DNA from: Sphingomicrobium sp.
GTDB lineage: Bacteria > Pseudomonadota > Alphaproteobacteria > Sphingomonadales > Sphingomonadaceae
DNA length: 61,147 nucleotides
NCBI GenBank assembly: GCA_035554875.1
Contig: DATMHP010000032.1
Coordinates: forward strand, 1 to 61,147
Direction: 5' to 3'
The position numbers were made by a program, and so were the translations under genes. Position 1 is the stretch's first letter, and each line of letters starts with the position of its first letter. Of this stretch, positions 1 to 9,372 are shown piece by piece. The notes beneath the pieces are model-generated. The model was not told where the DNA came from. It was given only the letters and a program-made list of their open reading frames with translations, and did no database searches.

Positions 1-1075
1 CGACCATATGCTTGCTCTCGATCGCTGGAGTGGCCGACGACAGGATCACCGGGATGTCCTCGAACCGGGCGCGCATCACGGCGGTGTCGCGGGCATGATA
101 TTGGACCCCGTCCTCCTGCTTGAAGCTCGGCTCGTGCGCCTCGTCGACGACGATCAGGCCGAGGTTTGGGTAGGGTAGAAACAGCGCGGAACGCGCTCCG
201 ACCGTCACCTTCGCCTCGCCCGACGCGATCCCTCGCCACGCGCGCCGCCGCTGCGACGAGCGAAGGTCAGAGTGCCAGGCGACTGGCTCGCAGCCGAACC
301 GAGCCTCGAACCTTTTGAGAAACGGTTCGGTAAGAGCAATCTCGGGCAGCAGGACGAGCGCCTGCTTTCCTTGCCGAAGGCATTGGGCGATGGCCTCGAA
401 ATAGACCTCGGTCTTGCCCGATCCTGTCACTCCGTCGAGCAGCACCGGGTCAAAGCCGTTTCCGATCGCCTGGGCGAGGGACGTCGCGGCCGCACTCTGC
501 TCCTCGCTCAATTCCGGCGGAGCAAAGTCCGGGTCAGGACAGGCGAGCGGCTTGTCGGCCGTCACCTGGACCGGCTCCAACGCACCTGCATTGACGAGAC
601 CCCGCATCACTGCGTCGCTGACGTCGGCATGGTCAGCGAGCTCGCGAATCGTGCCCTGCCGCCCTTCGATCGCGGCAAGGGCCTTCTCGCGCTGTGGCGT
701 CAGCCGGTCGGGAGCGTGGCCGGTCGGCGCATATTCGGTGAGCTGCCGCGGCCCTTCCAGAGCCGCTGACGACGGAACCACCATCCTCAGCACCGAAGCA
801 GCCGGCGCCAGATAATAATCGCTGGTCCATTCCACGAGCCGCCGGACTGGCGCGGGGACCGGCGGCACATCCATGACCGAGACGAGGGGACGAAGGCGGC
901 TGTCCGGGACCTCGCTCGTCTCGAGCCGCTCAGGCTCCCAGACGACGCCGATCAGCTGTCGTGGTCCCAATGGCGCGACGACGATCGAGCCCGGCTGCAC
1001 GTCCATTCCCTCGGGCACTCGATAGTCGAGCGGCCCGAGCGCTGAGTTCAGGGTAACGACACGGGCGCGATTCAT
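1..1075 (-). CDS. priA: Primosomal protein N' (replication restart helicase), 5' part; runs off the left edge
   Basis: Not in the ORF track because there is no stop in the window. Manual translation from ATG 1075 gives MNRARVVTLNSALGPLDYRVPEG...APLGPRQLIGVVW, Walker A LLDGVTGSGKTEVY and GLIVVDEAHEPSFKQEDGVQYHARD. Confidence 0.95.
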   Translation of the reverse strand, partial: MNRARVVTLNSALGPLDYRVPEGMDVQPGSIVVAPLGPRQLIGVVWEPERLETSEVPDSRLRPLVSVMDVPPVPAPVRRLVEWTSDYYLAPAASVLRMVVPSSAALEGPRQLTEYAPTGHAPDRLTPQREKALAAIEGRQGTIRELADHADVSDAVMRGLVNAGALEPVQVTADKPLACPDPDFAPPELSEEQSAAATSLAQAIGNGFDPVLLDGVTGSGKTEVYFEAIAQCLRQGKQALVLLPEIALTEPFLKRFEARFGCEPVAWHSDLRSSQRRRAWRGIASGEAKVTVGARSALFLPYPNLGLIVVDEAHEPSFKQEDGVQYHARDTAVMRARFEDIPVILSSATPAIESKHMV

Positions 1076-1132
1076 CACTAGAGGCAAATCTCGGGCTGAA
1101 GGGGCGGGACCTCAAGAGACGGAGGTTTCGCG

Positions 1133-1438
1133 ATGATTGCAAGACGCTGGCACGGCAGAATTCCAGCCGACAAGGCTGACGAATATCTGCGGTTGATGGC
1201 CGAGGTCGGCCTGCCCGACTACCGCTCGACCGAAGGCAATCGCGGCGCCTGGTGCCTGCATCGGCGCGAGCGCGACATCGTCCACGTCGAGATGTTCACC
1301 CTCTGGGACGATCTCGAAGCGATCCGCGGCTTCGCGGGGGATGAGCTTACCAAGGCCAAATATTACGACTTCGACCCCGATTTCCTCCTCGAGCTAGAGC
1401 CCGAGGTCACGCACTTCGAGGTGGTCGAAGCCGGTTAG
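1133..1438 (+). CDS. Antibiotic biosynthesis monooxygenase (ABM)-like dimeric alpha/beta barrel protein
   Basis: 101 aa, MIARRWHG...GNRGA...[14 protein letters not shown] pattern typical of this family; GGAGG RBS upstream. Confidence 0.75.
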   Translation: MIARRWHGRIPADKADEYLRLMAEVGLPDYRSTEGNRGAWCLHRRERDIVHVEMFTLWDDLEAIRGFAGDELTKAKYYDFDPDFLLELEPEVTHFEVVEAG

Positions 1439-2217
1439 CGGCCGCGCTTTTTGCGGTGGCTGTCGAAGTCGAGGATGGGCGTTTCCTCGTCGCCTTCGGG
1501 CATCAGGCCCATGCGGCGCGCGACTTCCTGATAGGCCTCCTCGACATTGCCGAGATCCTGGCGGAAGCGATCCTTGTCGAGCTTCTCGTTGGACTTGAGG
1601 TCCCACAGGCGGCAACCGTCGGGGCTGATCTCGTCGGCCAGGATCACGCGGCTGTAATCGCCGTCCCACACCCGCCCGAACTCCAGCTTGAAGTCGATGA
1701 GGCGGATTCCGATCGCCGCGAACATGCCCGACAGAAAGTCATTCACGCGGATCGCCATGTCGGCGATGTCGTTCATCTCTTCCTGCGTCGCCCAGCCGAA
1801 GCAAGCGATATGCTCGTCGGAGATCATCGGATCGCCGAGCGCGTCGTCCTTGTAATAATATTCAATGATCGTGCGGGGCAGCTGCGTGCCTTCCTCGATC
1901 CCGAGCCGTTTCGAGATCGAGCCGGCGGCCACATTGCGCACCACCACCTCGATTGGAATGATTTCGACCTGCCGGATCAGCTGCTCGCGCATGTTGACGC
2001 GGCGGATGAAGTGGGTCGGCACGCCGATCGCCGCGAGCGAGGTGAAGATATGCTCCGAGATGCGGTTGTTGATCACGCCCTTGCCGCTGATCGTGCCGCG
2101 CTTCTGCGCGTTGAACGCGGTCGCGTCGTCCTTGAAATATTGGATCAGGGTTCCGGGCTCGGGACCTTCGTAAAGGATCTTGGCCTTGCCCTCGTAGATC
2201 TGGCGGCGACGAGCCAT
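1435..2217 (-). CDS. purC: SAICAR synthetase
   Basis: [41 protein letters not shown] and LDKDRFR motifs. Confidence 0.98.
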   Translation of the reverse strand: MARRRQIYEGKAKILYEGPEPGTLIQYFKDDATAFNAQKRGTISGKGVINNRISEHIFTSLAAIGVPTHFIRRVNMREQLIRQVEIIPIEVVVRNVAAGSISKRLGIEEGTQLPRTIIEYYYKDDALGDPMISDEHIACFGWATQEEMNDIADMAIRVNDFLSGMFAAIGIRLIDFKLEFGRVWDGDYSRVILADEISPDGCRLWDLKSNEKLDKDRFRQDLGNVEEAYQEVARRMGLMPEGDEETPILDFDSHRKKRGR

Positions 2218-2299
2218 GTCGGGTGATACGCTCCGGCGTGATTGCGATGGAGCGGCGGCTATAGGCGCGCCGCCGCTTCACCGCAATTGAACGTCGCCG

Positions 2300-4324
2300 C
2301 TATTTGGACGCGACCGTCGGCTCCAGCCCGTTCACGAACTTGCCGCCCTCGACGATCTTCGCGGACGAGCCCTTTACGGCGTCGCCGATGGGCTCGGCGC
2401 GTCCACCGAGGCAGGACGCGAGGAAGTTCTCCGCAACGGCGTTGAAGGCGATGTTGTTCGCCGGCCGCGCGAAGCCGTGTCCCTCGTCCGGAAACAACAC
2501 GTAGGTGACCGGGATGTTCTTGGCCTTCATCGCATCGACGATCTGGTTCGACTCCCGCTCGTTCACGCGCGGGTCGTTCGCGCCCTGGCCGATCAGGAGC
2601 GGGCGTTTGATCGCATCGACATAGGTGAGCGGGGAGGCCGCCTTCAGCAGCGCGCGGCCGTCTTCCGTCGTGGGATTGCCCATCCGCTGGTAGAATTGCG
2701 TCTTGCCCGCTTCCCAATAAGGCGGGATTGTCTGGAGAAGCGTGAACAGGTTCGACGGGCCGACGATGTCGACTCCGCAGGCGAACTTCTCCGGGGTCAT
2801 GGTGACGCCCGCGAGCGTCGCGTAGCCGCCGTAGCTGCCGCCCATGATCGCGACCTTGTCGGGCGTGGTGACGCCGCTTGCGATTGCCCAATCGACGCTG
2901 TCGATCAGGTCGTCGTGCATCTTCTTGCCCCACTGCAAATTGCCGGCGGTGACGAAGTCCTTACCGAAGCCGGTAGAGGCGCGATAATTGACCTGCAGCA
3001 CGGCGTAGCCGCGGTTGGCAAGCCACTGCGCATAGGAGCTGTAGCCGTAATAATCCCGGGCCCACGGACCGCCGTGCACGAACAGCACCATCGGCACCGG
3101 ATGGTCGGCCTCGCCGTCCGTGTTGGTGTCGGCCGTCGCCGGCAGTGTCAGGTAGCTCGGAAGTGTCAGGCCGTCGCGCGACTTGATCTCGATGGGCCAC
3201 ATCGGGACTAGCGGCGCCCCGACGAGCTCGGGCCGGCCGGTGTAGAGCTTGGTCAGCTTCGCATTGGTGCGATCGAACAGATAGACCGACGCCGGCTCGA
3301 CCACGGGATCGACACTGACGATCCACTTGTCGTCTTTCTCGGTCCGGGCCTGGACAACCGGCGAGGCATGGAGGTTGTACTTCAGCCATTCGAGCGCCAG
3401 GCCGATCTGCGGGTCGAGAGCACTCCATTCCGGCTTCAGAAATTCGGCCTTGTAGGCTTCGACCCGCAACGTCTCCGGGTTCACCAAAGTGTCGCTGATG
3501 TCCGCTTTCGCATTTTCGGCGACGACCGTCTTTTCGCCGCTGGCGACCTCCTGGGCGATGAGCGCAGCGGTGTTCCGCCCGCGGCTGTCGAGCCAGTAGA
3601 GAGTCTTGCCGTCGGCGGTGAAACCGGCCGGCGCGGTCGTCAGCGAATCTTCCAGCGTGACGGTTGCGAACGGCTTGGATTCGATGACGCCGTTGGTGAT
3701 CCGGTAGAAATCCGAACCGCCGTCGTCGCGCGCCTTGCTGGCGATCCTAAGCTTGAGGTCGTTGTCGGCGAGGAAGCCGGCATAGCCGTCGTTCTTCTGG
3801 ACGAGCGTCAGCTTCCCGGTCTTCAGGTTGAGGCTGTAGACGTCGTGCCACTTCGCATCGCGGTTGTTGAGCCCGACGAGGATCCGGTCCTTGTGGCTGG
3901 TGGAGATTCCGACGACCTGGGCACGCGTCTTCTTGAACGGCGTCAGCGTGATCTGTTTTCCGGTCGCAACGTCCACGCCGTAGAGGAGGAAATTCTCGTC
4001 TCCGCCCTTGTCCTGGACGTAGAGAATTTCGCTGGAATCCGGCGACCAGAAATATTGGCGAACCGGGCGCTCGCGATCGTTGGTCATCGGCTTCGCGGCG
4101 TCGGGATTGTCGACGGGGGCGATCCAGACGTTCAGAACGCCGTCGCGCGGCGCTGTCCAGCTGAGCCATTTCCCATTGGGCGAGATCTGGCCGTTGGATT
4201 TGACGGGATTGCCGAACAGCTTCGCCCGCTCGATCAGCGGAACGCTGTTGATGTCGGCTGCAAGGAGCGGCTGGGCCGCAAGGACGGTAGACGCGGCAAG
4301 CACAAGCTTCACGAACGCACGCAT
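2300..4324 (-). CDS. Secreted S9 family (prolyl oligopeptidase/acylaminoacyl) peptidase
   Basis: Signal peptide, beta-propeller region, VHGGPW, nucleophile GGSYGG, GANDPRV (Asp), FPDEGHG (His). Confidence 0.92.
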   Translation of the reverse strand: MRAFVKLVLAASTVLAAQPLLAADINSVPLIERAKLFGNPVKSNGQISPNGKWLSWTAPRDGVLNVWIAPVDNPDAAKPMTNDRERPVRQYFWSPDSSEILYVQDKGGDENFLLYGVDVATGKQITLTPFKKTRAQVVGISTSHKDRILVGLNNRDAKWHDVYSLNLKTGKLTLVQKNDGYAGFLADNDLKLRIASKARDDGGSDFYRITNGVIESKPFATVTLEDSLTTAPAGFTADGKTLYWLDSRGRNTAALIAQEVASGEKTVVAENAKADISDTLVNPETLRVEAYKAEFLKPEWSALDPQIGLALEWLKYNLHASPVVQARTEKDDKWIVSVDPVVEPASVYLFDRTNAKLTKLYTGRPELVGAPLVPMWPIEIKSRDGLTLPSYLTLPATADTNTDGEADHPVPMVLFVHGGPWARDYYGYSSYAQWLANRGYAVLQVNYRASTGFGKDFVTAGNLQWGKKMHDDLIDSVDWAIASGVTTPDKVAIMGGSYGGYATLAGVTMTPEKFACGVDIVGPSNLFTLLQTIPPYWEAGKTQFYQRMGNPTTEDGRALLKAASPLTYVDAIKRPLLIGQGANDPRVNERESNQIVDAMKAKNIPVTYVLFPDEGHGFARPANNIAFNAVAENFLASCLGGRAEPIGDAVKGSSAKIVEGGKFVNGLEPTVASK

Positions 4325-4393
4325 TTCGAAGGCCCCCTCTTCGTTGGTGTCTTATATGGCTATCACACCATGACGCGAGTGGCTAGGGACCAT

Positions 4394-4433
4394 GAAAATC
4401 GAGGAGCGCGGGGCGTGCTAACCCGCGCTCCTC
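4394..4433 (-). terminator. Probable intrinsic terminator downstream of the two small ORFs
   Basis: 12-bp stem GAGGAGCGCGGG (4401-4412)/CCCGCGCTCCTC (4422-4433), followed on the minus strand by GATTTTC. Confidence 0.6.
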
Positions 4434-4441
4434 ATTTCGTG

Positions 4442-4618
4442 TCAGGCGCTGCGGCGCCTGCGGCGGCGCGCAAGCCAGGGCGCCTCATATTCGATACGGT
4501 TGAGCACATGGAACGCGTTGCCGGCCGCGTTGCCGATTTCCCGGAAGAGGAGGCCGAGGCCAGCATTGAGCTGGGCGCGGCCCGACTGGTAGGTCCGGTC
4601 GAAAATCTCGTCGATCAT
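4442..4618 (-). CDS. Small hypothetical protein (~58 aa, Arg-rich C-terminus)
   Basis: AAGGAG RBS lies 9 nt upstream of ATG 4618 (MIDEIFDRTYQSGRAQLNAG...IEYEAPWLARRRRRRSA); alternative start 4627. Confidence 0.7.
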   Translation of the reverse strand: MIDEIFDRTYQSGRAQLNAGLGLLFREIGNAAGNAFHVLNRIEYEAPWLARRRRRRSA

Positions 4619-4632
4619 CGTAACCATCTCCT

Positions 4633-4830
4633 TCAGAGCGCCAGCGGAAGGCCGTCGGCCGTGTCGTTGGCGGGGATCTTGAGCGCTTTCTCGACTGCCT
4701 GGAGGCGATGCTCGGCATCGAGCTTCCGCCAGGGAAGGAAGCGGACTGCGGCGCGGGCTTCGGCGGCTTCGGCGGCGAGTTCCGCCGGGCCGTTCTCGAC
4801 GAACAGCCCACGGCTGAGGCTATAAGTCAT
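4633..4830 (-). CDS. Small hypothetical protein (65 aa)
   Basis: AGGAG RBS before ATG 4830 (MTYSLSRGLFVENG...); its stop codon overlaps the RBS of the next small ORF. Confidence 0.6.
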   Translation of the reverse strand: MTYSLSRGLFVENGPAELAAEAAEARAAVRFLPWRKLDAEHRLQAVEKALKIPANDTADGLPLAL

Positions 4831-4851
4831 CTGGGCTTCTCCTGTTGTGTT

Positions 4852-4902
4852 CCGCCGGCGGAGCGGGGCTTCATCAGGGGGAGGGATGGGCTCCGCCGGC
4901 GG
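4852..4902 (-). ncRNA. Candidate structured RNA: 13-bp stem with a C-rich CCCUCCCCC loop (suhB/alpha-r8 or cuckoo-like)
   Basis: Perfect inverted repeat CCGCCGGCGGAGC (4852-4864)/GCTCCGCCGGCGG (4890-4902). The minus-strand loop is CCAUCCCUCCCCCUGAUGAAGCCCC. Confidence 0.4.
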
Positions 4903-4961
4903 TGTGATTTCCATGTACGCATTGGCCGCTTATGTCGCCAATCAAACACTCGACAGGGGCG

Positions 4962-4976
4962 ATAAAGCAGGCTTAT
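4962..4976. promoter_or_regulatory. LysR-type T-N11-A operator
   Basis: Palindromic ATAA-AGCAGGC-TTAT just upstream of the lysR start, in the divergent promoter region. Confidence 0.55.
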
Positions 4977-4985
4977 GAACTGCCG

Positions 4986-5927
4986 ATGAGAAAGCTGCCT
5001 CCGCTGACCGCGATCCGCGCCTTCGAGGCGGCCGCCCGGAACGAGAATTTCACAGCCGCCGCCGCCGAGCTCGGGATGACTCAGGCAGCTGTTTCCTATC
5101 AGGTGAAGGCGCTCGAGGAGCGGGTCGGCGCCCCATTGTTCGTGCGGGAGAAGGGCCGTGCGCGGCTGACGCCGCTTGGCTCGCGGCTACTCCCGGCCTT
5201 GAGCCAGGCGTTCGATGCGATCGAAGCCGCGTTCGAATCCAATCGTGCCGAGGACGAATCCCTTCTGACGATCACGACCACCGTGACGTTCGCGAACACC
5301 TGGCTCGCCTGGTGCCTCGGCTCTTTCCAGATTCGTCATCCCGAACTCGCCGTGCGGATGAGCACAGGCAATGAGGTCGTCGACCTACGCGCCGGCGACG
5401 CCGACGTTGGGATCCGCGGTGGCACTGGGGATTGGGAAGGCCTGGAAAAGCACTTGCTCGTCCATTCCGATTACACGCCGATGGCAAGCCCCGGCTTCAT
5501 CGCGGAATCGGAGCGGACCCTCGGCCGGAAGATCGAGCCGAAGGACCTTCTCGAGCTCAACCTCATCACGCCGGAGGACGATTGGTGGGTACAATGGTTC
5601 GCCGATTCCAACCTGACCACGGACGGAGCGCCGAAGCGGCGGGGCGTTCGTCTCGATAACCAGGCCAACGAGGGCCACGCGGCGATGGCGGGGCTCGGAA
5701 TCGCGCTCCTGACGCCATTCTTCTGGCAGAACGACATCGCCGAGGGACGGCTCGTGATGCTCTTCCCCGAGCTGCTGTCGACCCGCGGGTGGTCCTACTG
5801 GCTGGTCTATCCGCCGGAGCGGCGCATGGTGCCGAAGATCAAGCGCTTCCGCGAATGGCTGCTGGCCGAGATCGCCAAGTCACAGGCGATGGGCACCAAG
5901 AAGGTCGAAGCCGCAGCGGCCGAATAG
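4986..5927 (+). CDS. LysR family transcriptional regulator, GcvA-like
   Basis: MRKLPPLTAIRAFEAAAR...FTAAAAELGMTQAAVSYQVKALE HTH plus a GcvA-like effector domain; start placed at ATG 4986. Confidence 0.92.
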   Translation: MRKLPPLTAIRAFEAAARNENFTAAAAELGMTQAAVSYQVKALEERVGAPLFVREKGRARLTPLGSRLLPALSQAFDAIEAAFESNRAEDESLLTITTTVTFANTWLAWCLGSFQIRHPELAVRMSTGNEVVDLRAGDADVGIRGGTGDWEGLEKHLLVHSDYTPMASPGFIAESERTLGRKIEPKDLLELNLITPEDDWWVQWFADSNLTTDGAPKRRGVRLDNQANEGHAAMAGLGIALLTPFFWQNDIAEGRLVMLFPELLSTRGWSYWLVYPPERRMVPKIKRFREWLLAEIAKSQAMGTKKVEAAAAE

Positions 5928-6027
5928 CCGCAGCATCATCTACTCTGGAACTTGTTCATGCCCTGAAACTTTTGGGCGAGGGCTGCTGCCGCGCCCGCGG
6001 CGGCTGCACGCGTAACGGGGAGTTTCG

Positions 6028-7878
6028 ATGCGGCGGATCCTTGCCGTCATTGCCGCAATCATCGTCGTGGTCGCGATCGTCGCGATCCTCTGGAGCACTC
6101 GCAGCCGCAACGGCCAAACAACCGTAGATTATGGAAGAGCGTCGGCGGCGAAGGCCGTGCCGGCGGCGAGCGCTTCGCCGCCCGACGACGGCAACTGGAC
6201 GATGCCGGGCAAGGACTATGCGTCCACCCGCTTCAGCGCATTGAACCAGATCACGCCGGCGAACGTCGGCAAGCTCCAGGTCGCTTTCACCTTCTCAACC
6301 GGGATCACGGAGGGATTCGAGGCGCCCCCACTGGTCGTCAACAACACTATGTATGTGGTGACGCCGTGGCCGAATAACGTTTTCGCGCTCGACCTCACCA
6401 AGCCCGGTGCTCCGGCCAAATGGATTTACAAGCCCAACACCGCAGCGGCGGCGAAGGGTGTCGCCTGCTGCGGGCCAGTCAACCGCGGCGCCGTCTATGC
6501 GGAGGGCAAGCTATACCTGAACTTGCTCGACGGCCACACGGTCGCGCTCGACGCCAACACCGGCGCGGAGCTGTGGCGGACCCAGGTCGCCGACATCCAG
6601 AAGGGCGAGACGATCACGATGGCGCCGCTGGTCGCGGCGGGCAAAGTGCTTGTCGGCAATTCGGGTGGGGAGATGGGCGTTCGCGGCCGGCTCACCGCGC
6701 TCGATGCCGGCAGCGGCAACATTGCGTGGATCGGCTACACGACCGGACCCGACAAGGATGTGCTGATCGGGCCGGATTACAAACCGCCGTACCCGAAAGA
6801 TGCGGGCAAGGATCTGGGCGTGAGCACCTGGCCGCCCGGTATGTGGAAAATCGGCGGCGGATCGGTCTGGGGCTGGCTGAGCTACGATCCCAAGCTTAAG
6901 CTCGTCTATTACGGCACGTCGAACCCGGGGCCATGGAACTCGGTGCAGCGGCCCGGCGACAACAAGTTCACGGCCGGAGTCTTCGCCCGCGACATCGACA
7001 CCGGCAAGGTCCGCTGGTTCTACCAGAGCACCCCGCACGACCTCTACGACCACGACGACATCAACGAGATCGTGCTTGCCGACGTGCCGGGGCCGAACGG
7101 CCAGCGTATCCCTGCCATGCTCCGGCCTAGCCGCAACGGCTATTTCTACGTGCAGGACCGGCGCACGGGGCGCGTGCTGTCCGCCCAGCCCTACGGCTAC
7201 ATCAACGTCTACAAAGGCGTGGACCTCAAGACTGGCCAGCTCATCCCGGTACCGGCGATGGAGCCGCAGGAGGGGCGGGTGCTCCGCAACATCTGTCCGG
7301 CTTCGCCCGGCGCGAAGGACTGGAACGCGTCGGCGTTCAGCCCCGTCACCGGCCTCGTTTACATCCCGCACATCAACCTGTGCCAGGACATGGGCATTTC
7401 CAACGCCAATTATATCGCGGGGACGCCCTTTGTCGGCGCCGACGTGAAGATGTACGCTGGCCCGGGCGGCAATCGCGGCGTGTTCACGGCATGGGACCCC
7501 GTGGCGCAACGCAAGGTCTTCGAGATCAAGGAGGACCTGCCGCTGTGGAGCCCGGCACTCGCGACCGGCGGGAATCTCGTTTTCTACGGGACGATGGACG
7601 GCTGGTTCAAAGCCATCGACGCGCGGAGCGGCAAGCTGCTGTGGCAGTTCAAGACCGCGAGCGGGATCATCGGCCAGCCGATCAGCTATCGGGGGCCGGA
7701 CGGGCGGCAGTACATCGCAGTGCCTTCGGGCGTCGGCGGCTGGGCCGGTGCCATCGTGACGGCGGACCTCGACCCGAACGATCCCAGCGCCGCACTGGGC
7801 TTCGTAAACGCGGTCAAGGATCTCAAGACGCGGGTGGCAGCAGGCGGAGTGGTCTATGTCTTCGCTCTACCGCAATAG
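6028..7878 (+). CDS. PQQ-dependent alcohol dehydrogenase, methanol/ethanol family (XoxF-like, probably lanthanide-dependent), with N-terminal hydrophobic anchor
   Basis: Vicinal C147-C148 (ACCGPVNRG), GNSGGEMGVRG (metal Glu), GGGSVWGW, SNPGPWN, TPHDLYDHDDINE (D341-x-D343), PSRNGY and Trp-docking propeller repeats. Confidence 0.9.
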   Translation: MRRILAVIAAIIVVVAIVAILWSTRSRNGQTTVDYGRASAAKAVPAASASPPDDGNWTMPGKDYASTRFSALNQITPANVGKLQVAFTFSTGITEGFEAPPLVVNNTMYVVTPWPNNVFALDLTKPGAPAKWIYKPNTAAAAKGVACCGPVNRGAVYAEGKLYLNLLDGHTVALDANTGAELWRTQVADIQKGETITMAPLVAAGKVLVGNSGGEMGVRGRLTALDAGSGNIAWIGYTTGPDKDVLIGPDYKPPYPKDAGKDLGVSTWPPGMWKIGGGSVWGWLSYDPKLKLVYYGTSNPGPWNSVQRPGDNKFTAGVFARDIDTGKVRWFYQSTPHDLYDHDDINEIVLADVPGPNGQRIPAMLRPSRNGYFYVQDRRTGRVLSAQPYGYINVYKGVDLKTGQLIPVPAMEPQEGRVLRNICPASPGAKDWNASAFSPVTGLVYIPHINLCQDMGISNANYIAGTPFVGADVKMYAGPGGNRGVFTAWDPVAQRKVFEIKEDLPLWSPALATGGNLVFYGTMDGWFKAIDARSGKLLWQFKTASGIIGQPISYRGPDGRQYIAVPSGVGGWAGAIVTADLDPNDPSAALGFVNAVKDLKTRVAAGGVVYVFALPQ

Positions 7879-8404
7879 CGTTGCCGCCATCGCGCTGCTG
7901 GCGCTCGTTTGCGGCTGCGACCGCGACAAGCAGCAGCCGCGCGGCAACCCGCTCGGCGAGACTGTGCCGATCGCGGCCAGCCCGGACACCATCTTTCCGG
8001 GTGGTGAGAAGCCCGCGCCGCTCGATCCTCGCGCCGCAGCTTACGCCGGCAATGCCTATGCGATCGCGCAGGGCCAGCAGCTCTTCACGTGGATGAATTG
8101 CGTCGGCTGCCACAGCCATGGCGGCGGCGGAATGGGACCGGCGCTGATGGACGGCAAATGGCGCTACGGCGGCCGCATCGACCAGATCGCTGCGTCGATC
8201 GCCGAGGGGCGGCCGAACGGAATGCCGTCGTGGCGCGGCAAGCTGACCAACCAGCAGATCTGGCAGCTGGCCGCTTATGTCCGCTCTCTATCCGGCCAAA
8301 CGCGAAAGGATGCGGTCGGCGCGCGGGCCGATACGATGAGCAATTCCCCGCCGCAGACGGAAATGATCCGCAAGCCCGTTACGCAGGCGGATTCGGCGCA
8401 ATGA
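7856..8404 (+). CDS. Mono-heme cytochrome c, probable lipoprotein (cytochrome cL/XoxG-like acceptor)
   Basis: LVCGC lipobox-like signal, CVGCH heme motif, MGPALMDGKWRYG, distal GMP Met. Confidence 0.85.
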   Translation: MSSLYRNSVAAIALLALVCGCDRDKQQPRGNPLGETVPIAASPDTIFPGGEKPAPLDPRAAAYAGNAYAIAQGQQLFTWMNCVGCHSHGGGGMGPALMDGKWRYGGRIDQIAASIAEGRPNGMPSWRGKLTNQQIWQLAAYVRSLSGQTRKDAVGARADTMSNSPPQTEMIRKPVTQADSAQ

Positions 8405-9372
8405 GCATGGCCGGCTTTCAGACGGCGCTCGGCGGCGACGCCCTCGAAAGCAGCAATTTCCTGACCCTCTTCGCAGTCTTCATGGCCGTCTGCACGATCA
8501 TGTACCTGCTGGTGATTGGCGCCCTTCTCATTGGGATGTGGCGCGGCCGGACGCCCGGTGGCGAGCTGACCGTCGACTCCGGCAAGCACCACGAAAGCTC
8601 GCCCGCATTCCGGACGGCGCTGATCGGCTGGACGGCGCTGATCCTCGTCGGCCTCACCGCGCTGACGATCGCGAGCTTCTTCACTGACCGCTCCAACGCC
8701 TCGGTCGCGCGCAATCCGGGCCTAACGCTGAAGGTGACGGCGAACCAGTGGTGGTGGGACGTCGAATATACCAGCCAGGACGCATCGAAGATGATCCGGA
8801 CGGCGAACGAGATTCACCTGCCGGTCGGTGTTCCTGCCGAAGTCTCGCTGCAGGCGAACGACGTCATCCACAGCCTCTGGATCCCGAACCTCGCGGGCAA
8901 GCAGGACCTGATCCCCGGCCGAGTCACCGACATGCAGCTGCTCCCGCGCAAGGCCGGCACCTATCGCGGACAGTGCGCTGAATTCTGCGGCATCCAGCAC
9001 GCGAACATGGCGCTCGACGTTACCGTCGAGAGCAAGGCCGATTTCGAGAAATGGGTGGCCGCGCAGCAGCGCGTCGCCTTTGCGCCGACAACGCCGCTGC
9101 AGCTCGCCGGCTACCGCTATGTGACGACGCGGGAGTGCAGCGCTTGCCACAATATCACCGGCACGCCTGCGGGCGGCACCGTCGGCCCCGATCTCACCCA
9201 TTTCGCGAGCCGCAGGAGCATCGCCGCGGGTACGCTGCCGATGAATACCGGCAACCTCTACGGCTGGGTCGCCGACCCGCAGTCGCAGAAACCCGGCAAT
9301 CACATGCCGACCATCGCCCTTGAGCCGGCGGACCTTCATGCCGTCGTCGCTTACCTGGAGACGCTGAAGTGA
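8401..9372 (+). CDS. coxB: Cytochrome c oxidase subunit II with fused C-terminal cytochrome c (caa3-type)
   Basis: Two TM helices, ANQWWW, DVIHSLW, CuA motif CAEFCGIQHANM, C-terminal CSACH...KPGNHMP. Start at ATG 8401 (ATGA overlap). Confidence 0.93.
   Translation: MSMAGFQTALGGDALESSNFLTLFAVFMAVCTIMYLLVIGALLIGMWRGRTPGGELTVDSGKHHESSPAFRTALIGWTALILVGLTALTIASFFTDRSNASVARNPGLTLKVTANQWWWDVEYTSQDASKMIRTANEIHLPVGVPAEVSLQANDVIHSLWIPNLAGKQDLIPGRVTDMQLLPRKAGTYRGQCAEFCGIQHANMALDVTVESKADFEKWVAAQQRVAFAPTTPLQLAGYRYVTTRECSACHNITGTPAGGTVGPDLTHFASRRSIAAGTLPMNTGNLYGWVADPQSQKPGNHMPTIALEPADLHAVVAYLETLK

Noticed and set aside
5947-5972. EcfG-like promoter GGAAC-N16-ACTT before the PQQ operon
   Set aside because: The -10 element deviates from CGTT; too weak to list as a feature, though worth testing by TSS mapping.
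6028-7878. Calling the gene mxaF or xoxF and inferring methylotrophy
   Set aside because: D-x-D and the absence of mxaI argue against MxaF. The clade cannot be fixed without a tree, and no C1 pathway genes are in the window.
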